From: Deltaproteobacteria bacterium
Lineage (GTDB): Bacteria; Desulfobacterota; BSN033; UBA1163
DNA length: 64,000 nt
Reading direction: 5' to 3'
Assembly: GCA_037444165.1 (NCBI GenBank)
Contig: JBBIMX010000001.1
Coordinates: 1,026 to 65,025 of the forward strand
Positions 61,659 through 64,000 of this stretch are shown piece by piece. How positions within the stretch are numbered: position 1 is the stretch's first letter; every line of letters starts with the position of its first letter. Below the pieces are notes generated by a model, which saw only the letters and a list, made by a program, of their open reading frames with translations, had not been told where the DNA came from and ran no database searches. The position numbers were made by a program, and so were the translations under genes.

Positions 61659-62738
61659 TTATGCGGTGGTAAAGGTGTAACGCGTTCCCGCCGTATTGAT
61701 GATAAATTGCTTGGGCATCTCCCTTTCAAACATGGTCACGGCTTCCCACCCCGTACAATGCATGGGAATGATATAGTCTGGATTTATAGCCTTCATCTCT
61801 GCTACGGTACTTTGAATTTTGGCTATCGGAGCTCCGATTAAATGGAATCCTCCTATGACGACATGAACCTTATCGATTCCAGTCATCTTCTGAGCGTGTT
61901 TTACGGTGTTGACGATTCCTGCATGGGCACAGGAAGACAAAACGACCAACCCTTTTCCTTTAACGTTAAATACGACGGACTGCTCTCCCATGAACAGATC
62001 CAGTTCCATTTTATCTCCTCGTTTAATAAATAGAATCGGAGATCCTTTCTCATATTCTGTAACCCTTTCTATATTTCCTGTTAAATAAGCCCCAGGAACA
62101 ATTGGAGTGGGCTCCTTAATCTCTATAATCTTGACCCAATTGAGCGCTTCTATTTCCTCCCGCTTCAATTGTCCCAGATCCTGCATACCACTCGGGTCAT
62201 AGCGCCCAGCAGGAAGATTGGCAAACCGACGATGAAAAGTTTCTTCCCCAACGTAAAGGGGTATGCCCTTCCTGATTTTCGTCCTATTATGTTTGAGAAT
62301 GGCGATGAGATTCCCCCAATGGTCGAAGTGACCATGGCTGATACCCATGGCCTCTAACTTGTTCAGATCCAAGTTAAGGAGCTCTATATTCTTACTCACT
62401 CCTTGAAAATCCAAACCATAATCAAACATGAAGGCATAAGATTTACCATCCATCCATGTCTCGATGTAGTAAGACAAACCGTGCTCGGCATGAAATGACG
62501 AGTCAGGACCGATCATATATCGTTTAACCATTTTAAAATCGGGAGGATATAAATTCCACCTTAAACAATCGTAATAATTGTCTGTTATCACGGTGATCAC
62601 TAATTTTTCAATCTCCGGAATTTTAACAGCACCATAAGCCACTGTAGCACCTCCTTTCAAAGCATCGCCTGCCATTAACATTGCCCCTGTTACAACCGAT
62701 GTTTTTAAAAATTCCCTGCGGTTCATCTCTTTTAACAT
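61659..62738 (-). CDS. MBL-fold metallo-hydrolase with Tat signal
   Basis: MLKEMNRREFLKTSVVTGAML twin-arginine leader and an HGHFDH metallo-beta-lactamase motif. Confidence 0.7.
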   Translation of the reverse strand: MLKEMNRREFLKTSVVTGAMLMAGDALKGGATVAYGAVKIPEIEKLVITVITDNYYDCLRWNLYPPDFKMVKRYMIGPDSSFHAEHGLSYYIETWMDGKSYAFMFDYGLDFQGVSKNIELLNLDLNKLEAMGISHGHFDHWGNLIAILKHNRTKIRKGIPLYVGEETFHRRFANLPAGRYDPSGMQDLGQLKREEIEALNWVKIIEIKEPTPIVPGAYLTGNIERVTEYEKGSPILFIKRGDKMELDLFMGEQSVVFNVKGKGLVVLSSCAHAGIVNTVKHAQKMTGIDKVHVVIGGFHLIGAPIAKIQSTVAEMKAINPDYIIPMHCTGWEAVTMFEREMPKQFIINTAGTRYTFTTA

Positions 62739-63052
62739 AACTCCCACCTCCTTCATGAATTGGTTTTGAGGGTTAAGGAGTAAGGGAAAAAACTTACCCC
62801 TAAAACTGCCTATCCCACCCTGTGGGCACACCAACTTCAAACCCTTTACTCGAATCCTATTTTAGATGAGCCCTCACCTCCTTTCATCACTCCTGTAAGC
62901 CCTTTTAATCTCATCCTCAGACGCATTTCGATTGAGACCCAAGATCTGATCATAATCTTTTCGGTGCACTCTTAAACCCCTCAAGAGGTCCACGGCCCCC
63001 TAATTGATCCCTCAGGGGGATCCCACTGAAAAAGCAGAATGCCTGTTTGCCA

Positions 63053-63352
63053 TTAGGGCACCTCGTCCTCTCTCTCCTCAGGAGGAAGTTTTTCAAATAA
63101 TGGCTCATCCATATCCAGAACCTTCAAAGGGCCTTTTCCGGTGAAGAGTTTTATGATTTTCCCAATGGTATAGGCATTTCCCCTGAGCATCAATTTGCAG
63201 TTTTTGAAACGGCATCCAGAAACTTCCGTCTCCCCTTTCTCAAGGATGATGATACAATTTTCAAAATCGCAGTGAATAAAGGATGTTCCATCCAGTTCAA
63301 CCTTTTTATTAAAAAATTTGGAATTTTTATATCGAATTTTGTAGTGTTCCAT
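63053..63352 (-). CDS. hypothetical protein
   Basis: 99-aa ORF with no family recognised; a competing overlapping ORF is at 63190..63468. Confidence 0.3.
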   Translation of the reverse strand: MEHYKIRYKNSKFFNKKVELDGTSFIHCDFENCIIILEKGETEVSGCRFKNCKLMLRGNAYTIGKIIKLFTGKGPLKVLDMDEPLFEKLPPEEREDEVP

Positions 63353-63492
63353 AATGGCTTAATTCCCTGCTTATCCAGATGGTTTTTTAATCTTTTCAAA
63401 ATCATTGGACATTCTCGGATTTTTTCTTTTCCCCATAGCCTTTTGAAAACTGGGTCTTTTCTATCCATCCAATCCTGGCATTTGTTTTTGAA

Positions 63493-63735
63493 TCAATCTC
63501 TTCTACAACTCCCCCCTGTGGAACAGGGTGGGGTGGAACACCGTTCTTCTCTTCCGCAACAGGTATGTCCGGGACTCCTTTTCTCACCTTTCAGGGAATG
63601 AGCAACGGAAAGCATTTTTTCTAATTGAGAGCTCCCGCATTGTTTGCAACTTAAAGTTTGTTCCTTTGAGCCTATTCCTACCAAAAATTCCGAAATAGCT
63701 CCACATATATTACAGCGATATTCATAAATGGGCAT
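63493..63735 (-). CDS. FmdB-family zinc-ribbon protein
   Basis: MPIYEYRCNICGAISEF...CKQCGS signature. Confidence 0.7.
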   Translation of the reverse strand: MPIYEYRCNICGAISEFLVGIGSKEQTLSCKQCGSSQLEKMLSVAHSLKGEKRSPGHTCCGREERCSTPPCSTGGSCRRD

Positions 63736-63788
63736 TCTTAATCCTCCTTATGCTAAAAATATTGGTTTCGATAATCTTTTGTAATTCT

Positions 63789-63999
63789 CTTATCCTTCCA
63801 CTATCATTTTATAACTCGCCTTCCCTTCTTCCGAATAGATCAAGAATTTAACCTCTTTCCCCTCAGAGAGATATCTTTCATATTGACCTCGAAGATCACT
63901 AAAATCGGTGGATTCCAGAAACCACCTTAATGCTTCAAGCCTTTCCCCAAGCTCTTCGTCCAAACCCCCTTCTTTTTTAAGAAGGAGGTTAAGGATTCG
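63789..63999 (-). CDS. hypothetical protein, C-terminal fragment (gene continues beyond the window)
   Basis: Open reverse-strand frame ...LDEELGERLEALRWFLESTDFSDLRGQYERYLSEGKEVKFLIYSEEGKASYKMIVEG* ending at 63789. Confidence 0.3.
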
Positions 64000-64000
64000 C

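Noticed and set aside
62990-63052. GC hairpin (ccccct...aggggg) downstream of the 99-aa ORF, a possible terminator
   Set aside because: No U-tract follows on either strand, so it is not a convincing intrinsic terminator.
63190-63468. 92-aa minus-strand ORF overlapping the 99-aa ORF in another frame
   Set aside because: The two ORFs are mutually exclusive and neither matches a known family. Only the better-spaced one is reported, at low confidence.

Overview
This reads as a chromosomal segment of an anaerobic bacterium, most likely Nitrospirota (Thermodesulfovibrionia) or Desulfobacterota-like, judged only from gene content: heterodisulfide-reductase genes mixed with TCA-cycle genes, selenoproteins, and ZapB-ZapA and YmdB-RNase Y neighbourhoods. 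Almost all genes lie on the minus strand.

Gene content, in window order:
- Housekeeping genes at the start: tyrS (partial), ymdB, rny, zapA, zapB and prfB, the last with the canonical programmed +1 frameshift.
- A long minus-strand 'TCA plus Hdr' supercluster: sucDC, SdhA- and SdhB-like soluble fumarate-reductase subunits, an FrhB/FdhB-like protein, MvhD, two complete HdrA/B/C modules, fumarate hydratase and malate dehydrogenase. The downstream Hdr module is distinctly GC-richer and has a tandem-fused HdrA.
- A LacI-family regulator next to a biotin-domain-less carboxyltransferase.
- A 7.6-kb block (trmFO, a B12-binding radical SAM gene, topA, dprA and a LysM protein) bracketed by two inverted copies of a roughly 100-nt conserved non-coding element.
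- A trmN6-like methyltransferase, ispB, trxA and a TlpA-like redoxin.
- An operon of pncB (with a zinc-ribbon tail), an AmmeMemo-type radical SAM enzyme, a MinD-like ATPase and a degenerate J-domain/RodZ-HTH protein.
- A candidate anaerobic N-heterocycle (nicotinate-like) catabolic island: a TRAP transporter, a CoA-acylating aldehyde dehydrogenase, a three-subunit molybdenum hydroxylase, an enamidase-like amidohydrolase, a 6-hydroxynicotinate-reductase-like ferredoxin protein, UPF0280 and DUF1185 proteins, MOSC and DUF364 maturation proteins, and crotonase and MaoC enzymes.
- Two adjacent selenoprotein genes with in-frame TGA codons at the catalytic cysteine position: a peroxiredoxin, and a CoA-disulfide-reductase/NADH-oxidase-like flavoprotein that also carries an apparent 1-nt frameshift.

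No rRNA, tRNA, CRISPR array, transposase or integrase was recognised.
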